Source: Candidatus Mesolinea sp. (GTDB taxonomy: Bacteria; Chloroflexota; Anaerolineae; Anaerolineales; Anaerolineaceae). From it: 64,000 nt of DNA. The notes under the pieces are model-generated. The model was not told where the DNA came from. It did not search any database and saw nothing but the letters and a program-made list of their open reading frames with translations. The stretch lies in NCBI GenBank assembly GCA_034430095.1, contig DAOUFK010000002.1, positions 7,617 to 71,616 on the forward strand, written 5' to 3'. Numbering within the stretch: position 1 is the first letter of the stretch; every line of letters starts with the position of its first letter. Below are positions 20,001 through 30,650 of the stretch, one piece after another. Both the position numbers and the translations under genes were made by a program.

Positions 20001-21212
20001 TTATCTGCCTTTGCGGGTGGCGCGGTCAACGATGACAGCACCAACCAGCACAGCACCGCGCACGATGTATTGGATGGATATATCAATGCCCATCAGGTTC
20101 ATCCCGGAGGTCAGGGACATCATCACCAGGGCGCCGATGATCGAACCAGTGATCGTGCCTACACCGCCAGCAGCCGAAACACCACCTACGAAAGCAGCTG
20201 CGATGGCATCGGTCTCGAATCCAAGTCCAGCAGTGGTGGTGGCTGATTGCAAGCGGGAGGCATAGAGAATGCCAGAGAGGGCTGAGAGGACACCCATGAA
20301 GGCAAACACGAGCTGGGTGATACGAGCAACGCTAATACCGCTGAGCTCAGCAGCTTCTGGGTTGCCACCTACGGCGTAGATGTGTCGTCCTAAAGGCGTC
20401 TTAGTGGTGATAAAGGTAAACAAAGCAACCACAATCAGCACGACGACCAAGCTCCAAGAAAGTCCGTTATAACCAGAGAGCACCCATACGACGTATCCGA
20501 TGATGGCAGAAGTCAGGATCATCTGTAAGATGAACATTGAAGGGGATGAAACCTCAAAGTTATAAGAAATTTTCTTCTGGCGGCTGCGGATGGCTGAAAT
20601 AATGGAAAAGATAATTGCAATCACGCCAATAATCAGCGTGACTTTGTGGCGGTCATCCAAAAAACCAATGTCAGGGATGTCGGGGATAAAACCGTTGCCG
20701 ATCGCATTGAACACGGGATCTCGGATGATGATTGTACCTGTCCCCATGGTCACAAGCAGCAGTGCACCGCGGAAAATCAAGCCGGCTGCCATCGTGGAGA
20801 CGAAAGCCGGAACGCCTAATTTAGCAATTGGCAAGGAGGTGAGCAGCCCAGAAAGTGCACCCAAGATGAGCACCACTGGAATGACAGCGTAGACAGGCCA
20901 TCCCCAAGCGGTCATCGCAATAGCGGCAAAGGCACCCAAGAAACCAGCCAGATATCCCACTGAAAGGTCGATGTGCCGAATGACAATCACCAACGTCATA
21001 CCGACGGCTAGAACGGCGATGTAGCCCATTTGGTTGAGCAGGTTGCTGATATTACGCGAGGAGATGAAGACGCCATCTGTAGTGATCGTGAAGATAAGCA
21101 TAATTACGATCAGCGCAATAAACATAAAATATTGGCTGAAATTTGCCGATAAAAGGGATAAGATTTCAGAGAAAATACTTGGCTTTGCGGGATCAGATTT
21201 TTCGTCAAACAT
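20001..21212 (-). CDS. gguB: sugar ABC transporter permease (GguB/XylH type)
   Basis: 403-aa polytopic ORF resembling XylH/GguB throughout (ARNISNLL, IDLSVG, RHIYAVGGNPEAAELSGI). Confidence 0.8.
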   Translation of the reverse strand: MFDEKSDPAKPSIFSEILSLLSANFSQYFMFIALIVIMLIFTITTDGVFISSRNISNLLNQMGYIAVLAVGMTLVIVIRHIDLSVGYLAGFLGAFAAIAMTAWGWPVYAVIPVVLILGALSGLLTSLPIAKLGVPAFVSTMAAGLIFRGALLLVTMGTGTIIIRDPVFNAIGNGFIPDIPDIGFLDDRHKVTLIIGVIAIIFSIISAIRSRQKKISYNFEVSSPSMFILQMILTSAIIGYVVWVLSGYNGLSWSLVVVLIVVALFTFITTKTPLGRHIYAVGGNPEAAELSGISVARITQLVFAFMGVLSALSGILYASRLQSATTTAGLGFETDAIAAAFVGGVSAAGGVGTITGSIIGALVMMSLTSGMNLMGIDISIQYIVRGAVLVGAVIVDRATRKGR

Positions 21213-21223
21213 GGCATCTCTCC

Positions 21224-22747
21224 TTAATATTCCACTGCAATTTCCATGATTTTTTCCTGTGTGGCTTCTTCACCGGCGAGCTCACCTTTGATTTGACCAC
21301 CAGACATCACATAAACACGATCACTCATCCCCAAGATTTCAGGCAGCTCCGAAGAAATCATAATAATGCTCATCCCTCTTTCGACCAGAGAATTCATAAT
21401 CGTGTAAATTTCGTACTTTGCGCCTACGTCAATTCCGCGTGTTGGTTCATCCAAGATCATCACACCCGGCTTGACGAACAACCACTTGCCGAGTGAGACT
21501 TTTTGCTGATTCCCACCACTGAGGTTAAGCACCTTTTGTTCAATTGAGGGGGTCTTGATGTTGAGGTTCTGTTTGTAATCATTGGCAACGACAATTTCCT
21601 CATTTTCATTGATGATGCCCCGCTCGGTAATTTCGCGTAGGTTTGCTAGAGTGATATTCGTCTTGACGTCTTGAATCAAAATCAGACCGTTCCCCTTCCG
21701 GTCCTCGGTGACGTATGCTAATTGGGAAATGATAGCATCATGCGGGTTGCGGAATTTTTGCTCTTTTCCCTTAATAAAAATCTTCCCGCTCACATGGAAA
21801 CGATCCGGATTACCAAAAATGCTCTTGGCAAGCTCAGTGCGCCCCGAGCCCATCAAGCCAGCGATGCCGACAATTTCGCCTGCGTGTACGTTAATGTCGA
21901 TATCTTTGAGGATTTGCCGACCTAAAGCAGGGGAATAAGCCGACCAGTTTTCGAGACGTAAAACCTCCTCTCCGATTTTAGTTTTTTCCCGCTTCGGGAA
22001 AACGTTATCAATCGAACGGCCGACCATATGCCTGATCAAGGTGTTTTCCCTCACCTGATGCTCTCTATTATCCAAGGTGCATATTGTTTTTCCGTCCCGC
22101 AACACGGTGATGGTATCCGCTACAGCTAAAACCTCACGTAATTTATGCGAAATCAAAATGCATGTTACCCCCTGCTGTTTGAGGCCTTTGATTAATTCGA
22201 GCAAGTTGTCACTATCAGTTTCATTAAGTGCAGCTGTAGGCTCATCCAATATGAGGATTTTTACATCCTTTTTAAGCGCTTTTGCGATTTCGATCAGCTG
22301 CTGCTTACCGACGCCAAGCGTCTTGACTTTGGTTTCTGGGTTGACGTCTAAGCCTACTTTTTTGAGAATTTCAGCTGCTTGCTTAATGGTTTCATAGGAA
22401 TCAATGGTAAGACCATTGGTAATTTCGTTGCCTAAAAAGATGTTATCGTACACAGATAATTCAGGCACAAGGGCAAGTTCCTGATAGATAATGGCAATAC
22501 CAGCACTTTCGCTATCGCGTATGCCTGAAAACTTTTGTGGTTCACCATTAATAAAGATCTCACCACTGTATGTGCCGTAAGGATGAACCCCACTGAGAAC
22601 TTTCATCAAAGTAGATTTTCCCGCACCGTTTTCACCGACTAAACAGTGAATTTCACCTTTTGCGACGCTAAAAGTGACCTCGTCAAGCGCCTTAACCCCG
22701 GGGAATTCTTTGGTGATAGATTTCATTTCTAGGATAGGCTGTTCCAT
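21224..22747 (-). CDS. gguA: sugar ABC transporter ATP-binding protein (two fused ABC domains, GguA/XylG type)
   Basis: 507-aa ORF. Walker A is GENGAGKST, with two LSGGNQQK/LGVGKQQ signature motifs and a YGTYSGEI motif. Confidence 0.85.
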   Translation of the reverse strand: MEQPILEMKSITKEFPGVKALDEVTFSVAKGEIHCLVGENGAGKSTLMKVLSGVHPYGTYSGEIFINGEPQKFSGIRDSESAGIAIIYQELALVPELSVYDNIFLGNEITNGLTIDSYETIKQAAEILKKVGLDVNPETKVKTLGVGKQQLIEIAKALKKDVKILILDEPTAALNETDSDNLLELIKGLKQQGVTCILISHKLREVLAVADTITVLRDGKTICTLDNREHQVRENTLIRHMVGRSIDNVFPKREKTKIGEEVLRLENWSAYSPALGRQILKDIDINVHAGEIVGIAGLMGSGRTELAKSIFGNPDRFHVSGKIFIKGKEQKFRNPHDAIISQLAYVTEDRKGNGLILIQDVKTNITLANLREITERGIINENEEIVVANDYKQNLNIKTPSIEQKVLNLSGGNQQKVSLGKWLFVKPGVMILDEPTRGIDVGAKYEIYTIMNSLVERGMSIIMISSELPEILGMSDRVYVMSGGQIKGELAGEEATQEKIMEIAVEY

Positions 22748-22780
22748 TAACGCCTCCTTATTGCGAAATGTAATATTTAT

Positions 22781-22812
22781 AGAATAGTGACTGGTTTCCC
22801 AGTCACTATTCT
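22781..22812 (-). promoter_or_regulatory. intercistronic stem-loop between the binding-protein and ATPase genes
   Basis: A 14-bp perfect stem (agaatagtgactgg / ccagtcactattct) with a 4-nt loop and no clear T-run. The position is typical for differential expression of the SBP versus the transporter genes. Confidence 0.45.
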
Positions 22813-22830
22813 ACCCCAAATCAACCGATT

Positions 22831-23967
22831 TTACTTAAGATTTTCTAGCCCAGTGAACTGATCTGCTGAGTAATAGCCAGAGTCAATGATGGCTTCAATC
22901 AGGTTGGTTCGGTCCACGCTGATAACCTCTGATGGTTTGGCGGGAACATCAATCACACCATTGTTGTAGGTGGTGGTTGCTTCAGGTGTACCGCCCTCCA
23001 AGAACGTCACGGCAGCCTTAATTGCATCAGCAACCAGTACGCGCACGTCCTTCAGCACGGTCATGGACTGCTTGCCATCAATGATATATTGCACTGATGC
23101 AATTTCAGCATCCTGTCCAGTGATCACGTAGGAAGTGACGTCAGTATCGGCAGCGAAGGCATCCGCAATCGCGCGGGCTGTGCCGTCATTGGGTGCCAAG
23201 ATGAAGACATCACCCTTATCAGCAGCTGTAGCAGCAGTCAGGTTGGATTCAGCTAAGTTCTTGGCGACGTTGAAGTCCCAGTTGGTGGTAACCTGACCAA
23301 TGATCCTGCCCATTTCCTCACGGGTGAGTGTGGGCTTATCTTGCAGTGCCACAGCTTCGGAGGAGTTCTTGATTACGAAAGTGCCATCCACAATCTTGGG
23401 TTGCAGCACGCTCCAAGCGCCTTCAAAGAACAAGAAAGCATTGTTATCGGAAGCAGCGCCAGCATACAAGTACAGCGGGTTGCCTGTGCCGGTGGCATGA
23501 TCAACCAGATATTGCCCTTGGGCTTTACCCACGGAGACGCTATCGAAGGTTACATAATAATCAACAGCTTCGGTATCGGTGATCAGGCGGTCATAGGAAA
23601 TAACCTTGACGCCGGCTGCACGGGCAGCCTCAGCTGAAGCAGCTGCAGCGGTGCTATCGTGCGGGCAGATGATGAGAACTTTGATGCCCTTGGAAATCAG
23701 GGTTTCAACGTTCTGCTTTTCTTTGGCGGAATCACCCTGGCTGAAGAGAATTTCCACGCTGTAGTTCTCTTTTTCCAGGGCATCTTTGAAGCGGTTTTCA
23801 TCCTGGATCCAGCGGGGTTCATCCTTGGTGGGTAAAACAATCCCAACTGCCAGCGTTTCTTCGCCGGTGGTCTCAGTGGGGGTAGCTTCGCCACCACACG
23901 CTGCGAGGGCAAAGCTACTGACAATCAATATGCTTAAAAGCATCCAAACAAACTTCTTACTTTTCAT
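22831..23967 (-). CDS. chvE: multiple-sugar ABC substrate-binding lipoprotein (ChvE type)
   Basis: Lipobox LAACGG. The ChvE-like pattern runs along the whole protein (PTKDEPRWI, GIKVLII, VISYDRLI, YYVTFD, DNNAFLFFEGA, ITGQDAE, GGYY). Confidence 0.8.
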   Translation of the reverse strand: MKSKKFVWMLLSILIVSSFALAACGGEATPTETTGEETLAVGIVLPTKDEPRWIQDENRFKDALEKENYSVEILFSQGDSAKEKQNVETLISKGIKVLIICPHDSTAAAASAEAARAAGVKVISYDRLITDTEAVDYYVTFDSVSVGKAQGQYLVDHATGTGNPLYLYAGAASDNNAFLFFEGAWSVLQPKIVDGTFVIKNSSEAVALQDKPTLTREEMGRIIGQVTTNWDFNVAKNLAESNLTAATAADKGDVFILAPNDGTARAIADAFAADTDVTSYVITGQDAEIASVQYIIDGKQSMTVLKDVRVLVADAIKAAVTFLEGGTPEATTTYNNGVIDVPAKPSEVISVDRTNLIEAIIDSGYYSADQFTGLENLK

Positions 23968-24199
23968 TCTTAACTCCTTCTTTCAAAATTAGAATTGGGA
24001 CTTGCTGTTTGGAAAAGACTAAGACCTATTTTCTGTTAGCGACCATCTCCTTTCTCGTGTAGAGTTAACACACCCTTATTATAAGACTAATTGTGGATTA
24101 AGCTGAAACATTCGGCAATTCTAGACCTGCAGAAAGTTATCAAAACAAAAAAATCGTAACCGCGCCTCCTTCGTTGCCATAAAAACCCAAGGCGAGCTA

Positions 24200-25720
24200 T
24201 TACTTATTGATTAAAGGCAAGTAATTGTAATGCTCAGCCACAATGGGCGTAGGTGTGGGCAAGGGTTCAGGGTGGATGGTAATTGTGCCTGCGGAAGCTA
24301 AGCCAGCTGTTCCATCCTCTAAAGCCGCTTGCACGTACACTCGGTGTTGCCCAGGTTGAAGAGCAGAGACGTCCAACTCGGTAGATAGCACTTCCTCAGC
24401 TTCATCCCAAAACCTATCATCTGGTTGGATCTCATAGAGGACGGCGTTCTCTTGCCACGGAGCCAAATCAAAGCTATACACAGCGGAAGCACCTATCGGC
24501 GAGGGATTCGTAGGAAATCTGTAAAGGTTAGTATTGGCAACAGCTGAAAGCTGCCAAATAGTCTGCCCATTTTCTATACCAGGTTGAATGCTCAAGTTGG
24601 AAATTTCTGGTCCTGCTGGTAGGCTATATGGAGCAAAAGAGGCTTTTGCTGCTCGTATCAGCATGTTGAGATTGGCATTGAGTTCCTGTTCAAAGTCCCA
24701 GCAGTTCATAAAGTATTGACCTTCTGAACTGCTCCCAATCGCGTAAGCTAAAGCAGGTATACCTAGCTCACCGTAGACGTAATCCTCGGGCGTACCATGG
24801 AATTGTGTTGTAGGCTCAGTCGGAAAAGCGTCTAAACCATAGGCAAGTTTATTGGCTAAGGTGTAAAGCTCAGCTTGTTCGGGAGCTTCATCACCTGTGT
24901 AAAAATAAGGGTACCTGAAAATGTCCCCGTAGCTCTCCATATTAAGAAGGAGACCGTTTACCGCTGCAATATCAAAAGGGTCCTCGTCGCGGTAGTCAGG
25001 GAAAACATTGGCAAGATACACTTGAATATCGGATGATTCTGGCTCAGAAAGGGCAGAAGCGCCGCTATAGGCGTTAATGCAGCCAGAGTAACCTCCCTCC
25101 CACTCGAAGAAAAAATTGCGCCGCAGGTCGGTGCCTGTACTGCTCGGTTCGGTGGGGCAAGTGGTCGCATTGAGGTTTTTCATGCGGGCATTTGTGCCAC
25201 CCGTTTCAGCCCAGCCGCTCGCAATTTGCTCTTCTACTATAGCACGGCCATCTGGGTTGGCGACTAAAAGAAGGTGGATTTCGGTCTCGTCGAGCAGCCA
25301 GGCGACCTCTGGGTCGTGGTCATAGTTTTCCAAAAGGTGTTCAGCGAAGCGAAGGTTTAGTTCAACGGGTGCCAAATCACGGGCATGCAAAGCACTCATT
25401 ACAAAAAGGACCGGCTTACTACCATCCGTGTTCTGGTTAGTGAGCTTGAGAACGTTGAGGTCGAAGCCCTCATCGTCGCTGCCATATTGTTTTAACCAAG
25501 AATCGCCGATATCGAGCCAGTCAACCAGGTCGGAGTATGCTTCAGCAAGGCTTGCGGCATCAGCAAGAACTGTATCCAGCGTGCGATAACAAGAGAAATC
25601 TGGGAGCATGGCGACTGCTTCTTGCGCCAGGGGTCCCCGCTGAGTGAAGGGGGGAAAGCATAGTGTAAAAACGAAACAAACTAGAACCCCAGCAATCCAG
25701 AATCGGTGAGATTTGAGCAC
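24200..25720 (-). CDS. secreted M14-family (carboxypeptidase-like) protein with a C-terminal beta-rich domain
   Basis: Signal peptide present. M14 landmarks are LHARDL (the position of HxxE), VANPDG, DLRRNF and ESYGDIFRYPY (the position of HSYSQ). Confidence 0.7.
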   Translation of the reverse strand: MLKSHRFWIAGVLVCFVFTLCFPPFTQRGPLAQEAVAMLPDFSCYRTLDTVLADAASLAEAYSDLVDWLDIGDSWLKQYGSDDEGFDLNVLKLTNQNTDGSKPVLFVMSALHARDLAPVELNLRFAEHLLENYDHDPEVAWLLDETEIHLLLVANPDGRAIVEEQIASGWAETGGTNARMKNLNATTCPTEPSSTGTDLRRNFFFEWEGGYSGCINAYSGASALSEPESSDIQVYLANVFPDYRDEDPFDIAAVNGLLLNMESYGDIFRYPYFYTGDEAPEQAELYTLANKLAYGLDAFPTEPTTQFHGTPEDYVYGELGIPALAYAIGSSSEGQYFMNCWDFEQELNANLNMLIRAAKASFAPYSLPAGPEISNLSIQPGIENGQTIWQLSAVANTNLYRFPTNPSPIGASAVYSFDLAPWQENAVLYEIQPDDRFWDEAEEVLSTELDVSALQPGQHRVYVQAALEDGTAGLASAGTITIHPEPLPTPTPIVAEHYNYLPLINK

Positions 25721-25862
25721 GGCTAACTCCTTTGTAGAAAAATTTCAAGAGCAAATTATACAAGGAGAGGCTCATTTAGGAGTAAAGATGTCATCATTAT
25801 CTGTAACCGGGATAATCTCAAAAAGTTGACAGCCTTGCCGGGATAGATTATGCTTATTTTAA

Positions 25863-25967
25863 GTTCGGGCGGGACCGGCACGGCGGAGCCCTGCGAACCC
25901 CGTCAGGTCCGAGAGGAAGCAGCGGTAAGGAGGTCGCTTCGGGTGTTGCCGACAAACCTGCCCGAAC
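25863..25967 (+). ncRNA. ffs: signal recognition particle RNA (small bacterial 4.5S type)
   Basis: The conserved domain IV core GTCAGGTCCGAGAGGAAGCAGC is present. A long closing helix pairs gttcgggcggg with cctgcccgaac. Confidence 0.8.
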
Positions 25968-25980
25968 ACTTTTATCTACC

Positions 25981-26886
25981 ATGACTGAACCATCCACCAC
26001 CACTCCCCCGGTCTGCTCTTACGAGGGCTCCGATTATCAGCAATCCTTCTGGGAAGCAGGCCAGCGCCAATATGAAGATGCCGTCGAAGCCATTGCCCTC
26101 CGGCGACTGCTTCCGGCAAAGGGTGAGCTGTTGCTCGAGCTGGGCGCCGGTGCTGGCCGCAATACACCGCGCTATGACGGCTATAAGCGCGTGGTTCTTC
26201 TGGATTACTCCCGTACGCAGCTGCTGCAAGCGCGCGAGCGCTTAGGTGATAACCCGCGCTACATATACGTTGCAGCAGATGTATACAAACTGCCGTTTGT
26301 AACTGGTCTTTTTGATGGTGCCACGATGATCCGTACGCTGCACCATATGGCTGAACCCGGCTTAGCCTTGCAGAGCGTCCGTCGCGTACTGGCTCAGGAC
26401 GCTATTTTTATCTTAGAATTTGCCAATAAGCGCAATCTGAAAGCGGTATTTCGTTACCTCAGCGGCAAGCAAGCCTGGAATCCCTTTTCACCCGAACAGG
26501 TGGAATTTGCCGCGCTCAACTTTGACTTTCACCCGAAGACCATTCGCCGATTATTGGCACAGAATGATTTTAAGATTGAGCGGCAATTAGCTGTCTCTTA
26601 TTTCCGTGTGGGTTGGCTCAAGCAGCACCTGCCGCTCGGGTTCTTGGTGGGTTTAGACTCAGCCTTGCAGTGGACGGGAGCATTCGCGCAGTATTCGCCG
26701 AGCGTTTTCACCCGTGCAAAGGCAATTGGCACTGCGCCTGCCGAGCATCCCCAGGGATTTTTTGCCTGCCCTGTGTGTGGAGCTGCCTTAGCAGAAAGCG
26801 CTTCCTCTCAGACCTGCCCAGGTTGTGGCAACTTATGGGAGTATTCTGAAGGTATCTACGACTTTCGGATTAAACCTGTAGCTTGA
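25981..26886 (+). CDS. class I SAM-dependent methyltransferase with C-terminal zinc-ribbon
   Basis: SAM motif I is LLELGAGAGRN. The C-terminal cysteines are arranged CPVCG...CPGCG. Confidence 0.75.
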   Translation: MTEPSTTTPPVCSYEGSDYQQSFWEAGQRQYEDAVEAIALRRLLPAKGELLLELGAGAGRNTPRYDGYKRVVLLDYSRTQLLQARERLGDNPRYIYVAADVYKLPFVTGLFDGATMIRTLHHMAEPGLALQSVRRVLAQDAIFILEFANKRNLKAVFRYLSGKQAWNPFSPEQVEFAALNFDFHPKTIRRLLAQNDFKIERQLAVSYFRVGWLKQHLPLGFLVGLDSALQWTGAFAQYSPSVFTRAKAIGTAPAEHPQGFFACPVCGAALAESASSQTCPGCGNLWEYSEGIYDFRIKPVA

Positions 26887-26888
26887 CC

Positions 26889-28223
26889 CTATGCGTCAAG
26901 CACTTTATCAGGGCAATCGGCAGGTTGAGTGCTCACATCTAAATTAAGCGGATTAGCGCTTGGCAAGCTTCTCCCTTTCCAAAACCAGAAATAGTACATC
27001 GCCACAGAAGCAATATAGAAGAAGATCGTTATAAGGAAGGGCGGGGCAAAACCGTAGTTTACTTGGAAGTACCCGCTAAACGTCGGACTGAATGCCCAAC
27101 CAAAATTACTTGCCATGCTGGATAGGCTCGCTACCATAGCACGCGATTCTGGTTCGACTTGTTCCATCGTAAAAGTCGTATAAACAGGCGAGCTCATGTT
27201 CATCAGCACCAAGCGAAAATAATAAGCCGTAGCTGCCACGCCAAACCAAGGTGCGAAACCCAACAAGGCTAAGAAGGGAATGGAGAGACCTTGCGTTGCG
27301 ACAACAACCTGGATCTTACCAAATTTTTCTGCTAATGCTGGTGCTAAAAGCAGCCCGATGCCCATTGCAAGCGATCCCCAAGCGAACAGCACACCAATGG
27401 AAGCGTCAGAGAGGTTATGCACGTTGCGGAAGAAAACGTTCATGAAAGGCATAATCATGCCGGCACCGATCGAGGTAAATAAAATCGGGAGGATCAGTTT
27501 GCTCAATTTGCCTGGGTTCTTGCGCATGTAATTAATTGGCGCAAAAGAAGCTAAATTGCTATCTTTGGTACGGTTTTGACTGATCATAAAAATCGGGATG
27601 AGGGAAACTGCCACGCCGATCACGATGATCCCCAAAGCCCAAGCGTAGGCAGTGGCACTGGTTGCGCTCACTGCCAATCTCGTGCCTGCCCAGGTCGGCA
27701 AATACCCTCCTACCCATTGGCCAATGGATGAGGCGGTCATGCTTAAGCCAGAGCTGAAGCTGAAGAGATAGGTGCGCTCGGTTTCACCACTATTTTCCAT
27801 CAAGAAAGGTCCCATGGTTATAGCGGTGAGCGATTGGGCTAAGCCAATCACGATGTTCATCACCACAAAGATGGGCACTGATGGGTAGAGCACCATCATG
27901 AGGATAGCAACGCCCATCCCGCTGTGCCCCAAGATGAAAGCACGCTTGTGGCCAATGCGGTTGGCTAAGTATCCCATAGGCAGCGCCACGATGAGTGAAG
28001 TCGCGCTGCGTGCAGTGACTAAATTGCCCAAAACGGCTTCGTTGTAGCCCAAGCTTAGTACGTAGAAGTTGAAAAGCAGCTGATAAACCCCTATAGCTGA
28101 GCCATAAATGATGGTGCCAATGAGGTATTTCCTAGCATTAGGGCTGAAGGCAGCGACGCGCTCTAAATAGGTTTTTACAAAAGTTGTCTTTTTAGCTTCA
28201 ACAGTTGATGGTATTTTCTCCAT
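26889..28223 (-). CDS. MFS transporter
   Basis: 444-aa ORF with about 12 hydrophobic segments and an MFS loop motif (GYLANRIGHKR). Confidence 0.8.
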   Translation of the reverse strand: MEKIPSTVEAKKTTFVKTYLERVAAFSPNARKYLIGTIIYGSAIGVYQLLFNFYVLSLGYNEAVLGNLVTARSATSLIVALPMGYLANRIGHKRAFILGHSGMGVAILMMVLYPSVPIFVVMNIVIGLAQSLTAITMGPFLMENSGETERTYLFSFSSGLSMTASSIGQWVGGYLPTWAGTRLAVSATSATAYAWALGIIVIGVAVSLIPIFMISQNRTKDSNLASFAPINYMRKNPGKLSKLILPILFTSIGAGMIMPFMNVFFRNVHNLSDASIGVLFAWGSLAMGIGLLLAPALAEKFGKIQVVVATQGLSIPFLALLGFAPWFGVAATAYYFRLVLMNMSSPVYTTFTMEQVEPESRAMVASLSSMASNFGWAFSPTFSGYFQVNYGFAPPFLITIFFYIASVAMYYFWFWKGRSLPSANPLNLDVSTQPADCPDKVLDA

Positions 28224-28224
28224 C

Positions 28225-29286
28225 TTAATCCCCCTGAATAAACCTTTTGAGCAGATCTTGGGTTGCTTCTAAGCCTTCATAGCGTGTGGTGTAATAACGG
28301 TCTCCTTCTGGGGAAACGGTAACGCGCACCAAGCCGGCTAAGCGCAGCTCGCGGAGGTGATGGGTAACGGTAGGCGGGCGAAGCCGCAGCAGGCGCGAAA
28401 GCTGTGCGGCAGTCTGTGGCGATTGCACAACCGTGCGCAGAATGCGTAGACGGGTAGGGTCTGCCAGTGCCTTAAGGCTGAGCAGTAGGCTATCCGGGAT
28501 AACCTCACCCGGGATTAAAGCCATGCTATCGGGTCGAGCGCCAAAAATCACAAGCAAAGTATCCACATCTAAGCGGTTGTAGAACAGGAAAGGTGATCCC
28601 CAAAAAGAGGGAGCTAAATAGATACGGCGAGCTTTGTCCAAATCAGCCAGGCGCACGCCGGCAGATAGTTCTTCGAGCATCGTAGGAAGCTGCAAAGAGC
28701 CTGCCCGCATCTGTGCATGCGAAAGTCCTTGGCGCAGCACGGGGAGAATGCGCTGCTCTTCTTCCAGAAAGAAAGCTTCCATATAGGCTTTTAGCGCCTT
28801 CAGGTACTTTTCGCCAAACTCCTCTCGATGTGCCCAGGTTTCATAAAGCAAATTTAAATAAGTAGGGGTGACCAATCGGTCACGGTTCTGGAAGTTATTG
28901 CTAATAATGCTTTTTTCGGTTGCAGTCCATTTACGCTGTGAGGTGGTATTGAGCAATACATCGCGTACCGCTGCGGGTGTGCCATAAGATAAACTCAGAG
29001 CTTCGAGCCTTTTTTCGGCTGGTAAATGTTCGAGCGCATCGATAACAGCTTGGGCGTCTCTGGGCATTGGAACGTTATGAACAAAGGGAAGCGGCTCGTA
29101 CATCAGAGTGATGGCTGTCTCGAGGGTCTCACGTTCTTCGGCGGGAAGGCGTGAGCGCACGCCAGCTGCCCAAGAGGCACGCAAGCCATGTTGTTCAGGG
29201 CGGTGGAGCACAAGCAAGCTGATGAAAAGGTCATAGCCGCTGCCCATTTCCCATCTAAGGCGGGTGTAATCTGATTCAGGCAACAT
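28225..29286 (-). CDS. ArsR-type winged-helix transcriptional regulator with a large N-terminal domain
   Basis: The C-terminal part reads LADPTRLRILRTVVQSPQTAAQLSRLLRLRPPTVTHHLRELRLAGLV. I do not recognise the N-terminal ~250 aa. Confidence 0.65.
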   Translation of the reverse strand: MLPESDYTRLRWEMGSGYDLFISLLVLHRPEQHGLRASWAAGVRSRLPAEERETLETAITLMYEPLPFVHNVPMPRDAQAVIDALEHLPAEKRLEALSLSYGTPAAVRDVLLNTTSQRKWTATEKSIISNNFQNRDRLVTPTYLNLLYETWAHREEFGEKYLKALKAYMEAFFLEEEQRILPVLRQGLSHAQMRAGSLQLPTMLEELSAGVRLADLDKARRIYLAPSFWGSPFLFYNRLDVDTLLVIFGARPDSMALIPGEVIPDSLLLSLKALADPTRLRILRTVVQSPQTAAQLSRLLRLRPPTVTHHLRELRLAGLVRVTVSPEGDRYYTTRYEGLEATQDLLKRFIQGD

Positions 29287-29426
29287 AAATCCTCACGCTA
29301 AGTAAATAATTATCTATTATATTAGCCCATTATCTAATTGGTCAAGTGGAGGAAAGTCTGCTTAGGCTGTGCCGCTTTTTTGGAGTCTCCCACATTCGAT
29401 TAAAATAGTCCCGTAGAGGTGTGAAT

Positions 29427-30602
29427 ATGCATTCGATTTTTGACTATCTCGACTGGCGGGGTGATCTTTCCTTCAATCGGGACCCGCTCAACGAAGTGGA
29501 TAACCTGATTTTCTCGGTTTTATCCTATAGTGACTTTAGCGGCGTGGTCCCAGGATTAGATAAACCCGGCTCAGTCACCTTGCAGGAGGCTGCAGACCGT
29601 ATCGGACCAGCCTCTCACGAAGTCACCACCAACCTGACGCGCTCGTTTTTCGCTGCGCTGCCTTTACTCTTGGAGAAATGCGCTCAAACCGAACGTTTTG
29701 CCAATCTGCAGCTCTCGCATTATATCGATCGTATCGAATTTGCTAAAGCTGAGCAGTTCTCTGCTATCGTCTTCTCCTTAGAAGAAAACTTGCATTTCAT
29801 CGCCTTTAGCGGCACGGATGATACCTTGGCAGGTTGGAAGGAAGACCTCGAAATGAGCTTCCGAGACGCGGTTCCGGCTCAGAGGGATGCGACGCGCTAT
29901 GCTCAAGCCGTAATGGCAAACCTGAGCGGCGAATTTTATCTTGGTGGGCATTCCAAAGGTGGTAATCTGGCGGTTTACGCGGCCGCGCACCTAAAGCCGG
30001 AAGAACAGCAACGTATTATTGCAGTTTACAACAATGATGGACCGGGTTTTCTCGCCAACATTATTGAAAAGGAAGGCTACCAGCGCATTATTCACAAAGT
30101 GACCACTTTTATCCCCCAATCTTCTGTGGCAGGCATATTGCTGGAGCATGGGGAGGAATATCGGATCGTCAGCAGCAGCGAAACAGGCTTACTGCAGCAT
30201 AACGCCTTCTCCTGGGAAGTGTTGGGTAAGCATTTCGTTTATGAACAAGAGCTTTCTAAAAGCAGCTTGGTGCTCAGTCAGGCTATCCAGGCTTGGTTGG
30301 ATGAAATCCCCTTAGAGCAAAGAGCGCATTTTGTAGAAGCGTTGTTCCAGGTGATCGAAGCGACCGGTGCCAAAACTTTGAGCGAACTCTCGGAGGATAA
30401 ACTGGCTGCGGCTCGCGCGATGATCACCACCTTTACCCAATTGGAAGAGGAGACCCAGACCATCCTAAAAAAAGTGGTGGAAAGCTTCTTTACCGAAAGC
30501 CAGAAAATATTACGTTCTTCATTAGGAGAGGGCGTAGAAAACTTGGTGCAAAAAACCATACTCCGCAAGAAATCCAACGGTCCTAATACCCAAAAAAGCT
30601 GA
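29427..30602 (+). CDS. DUF2974/Mbeg1-like alpha/beta-hydrolase (lipase-like) protein
   Basis: N-terminal DWRGDLSF motif and nucleophile elbow GGHSKGGNLAVYAA. I chose the start at ATG 29427, after GAGGTG. Confidence 0.6.
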   Translation: MHSIFDYLDWRGDLSFNRDPLNEVDNLIFSVLSYSDFSGVVPGLDKPGSVTLQEAADRIGPASHEVTTNLTRSFFAALPLLLEKCAQTERFANLQLSHYIDRIEFAKAEQFSAIVFSLEENLHFIAFSGTDDTLAGWKEDLEMSFRDAVPAQRDATRYAQAVMANLSGEFYLGGHSKGGNLAVYAAAHLKPEEQQRIIAVYNNDGPGFLANIIEKEGYQRIIHKVTTFIPQSSVAGILLEHGEEYRIVSSSETGLLQHNAFSWEVLGKHFVYEQELSKSSLVLSQAIQAWLDEIPLEQRAHFVEALFQVIEATGAKTLSELSEDKLAAARAMITTFTQLEEETQTILKKVVESFFTESQKILRSSLGEGVENLVQKTILRKKSNGPNTQKS

Positions 30603-30650
30603 TCCTTTATGGGTATAATAGAAGTGACTATACCCAGAAAGAAGGCAGCC

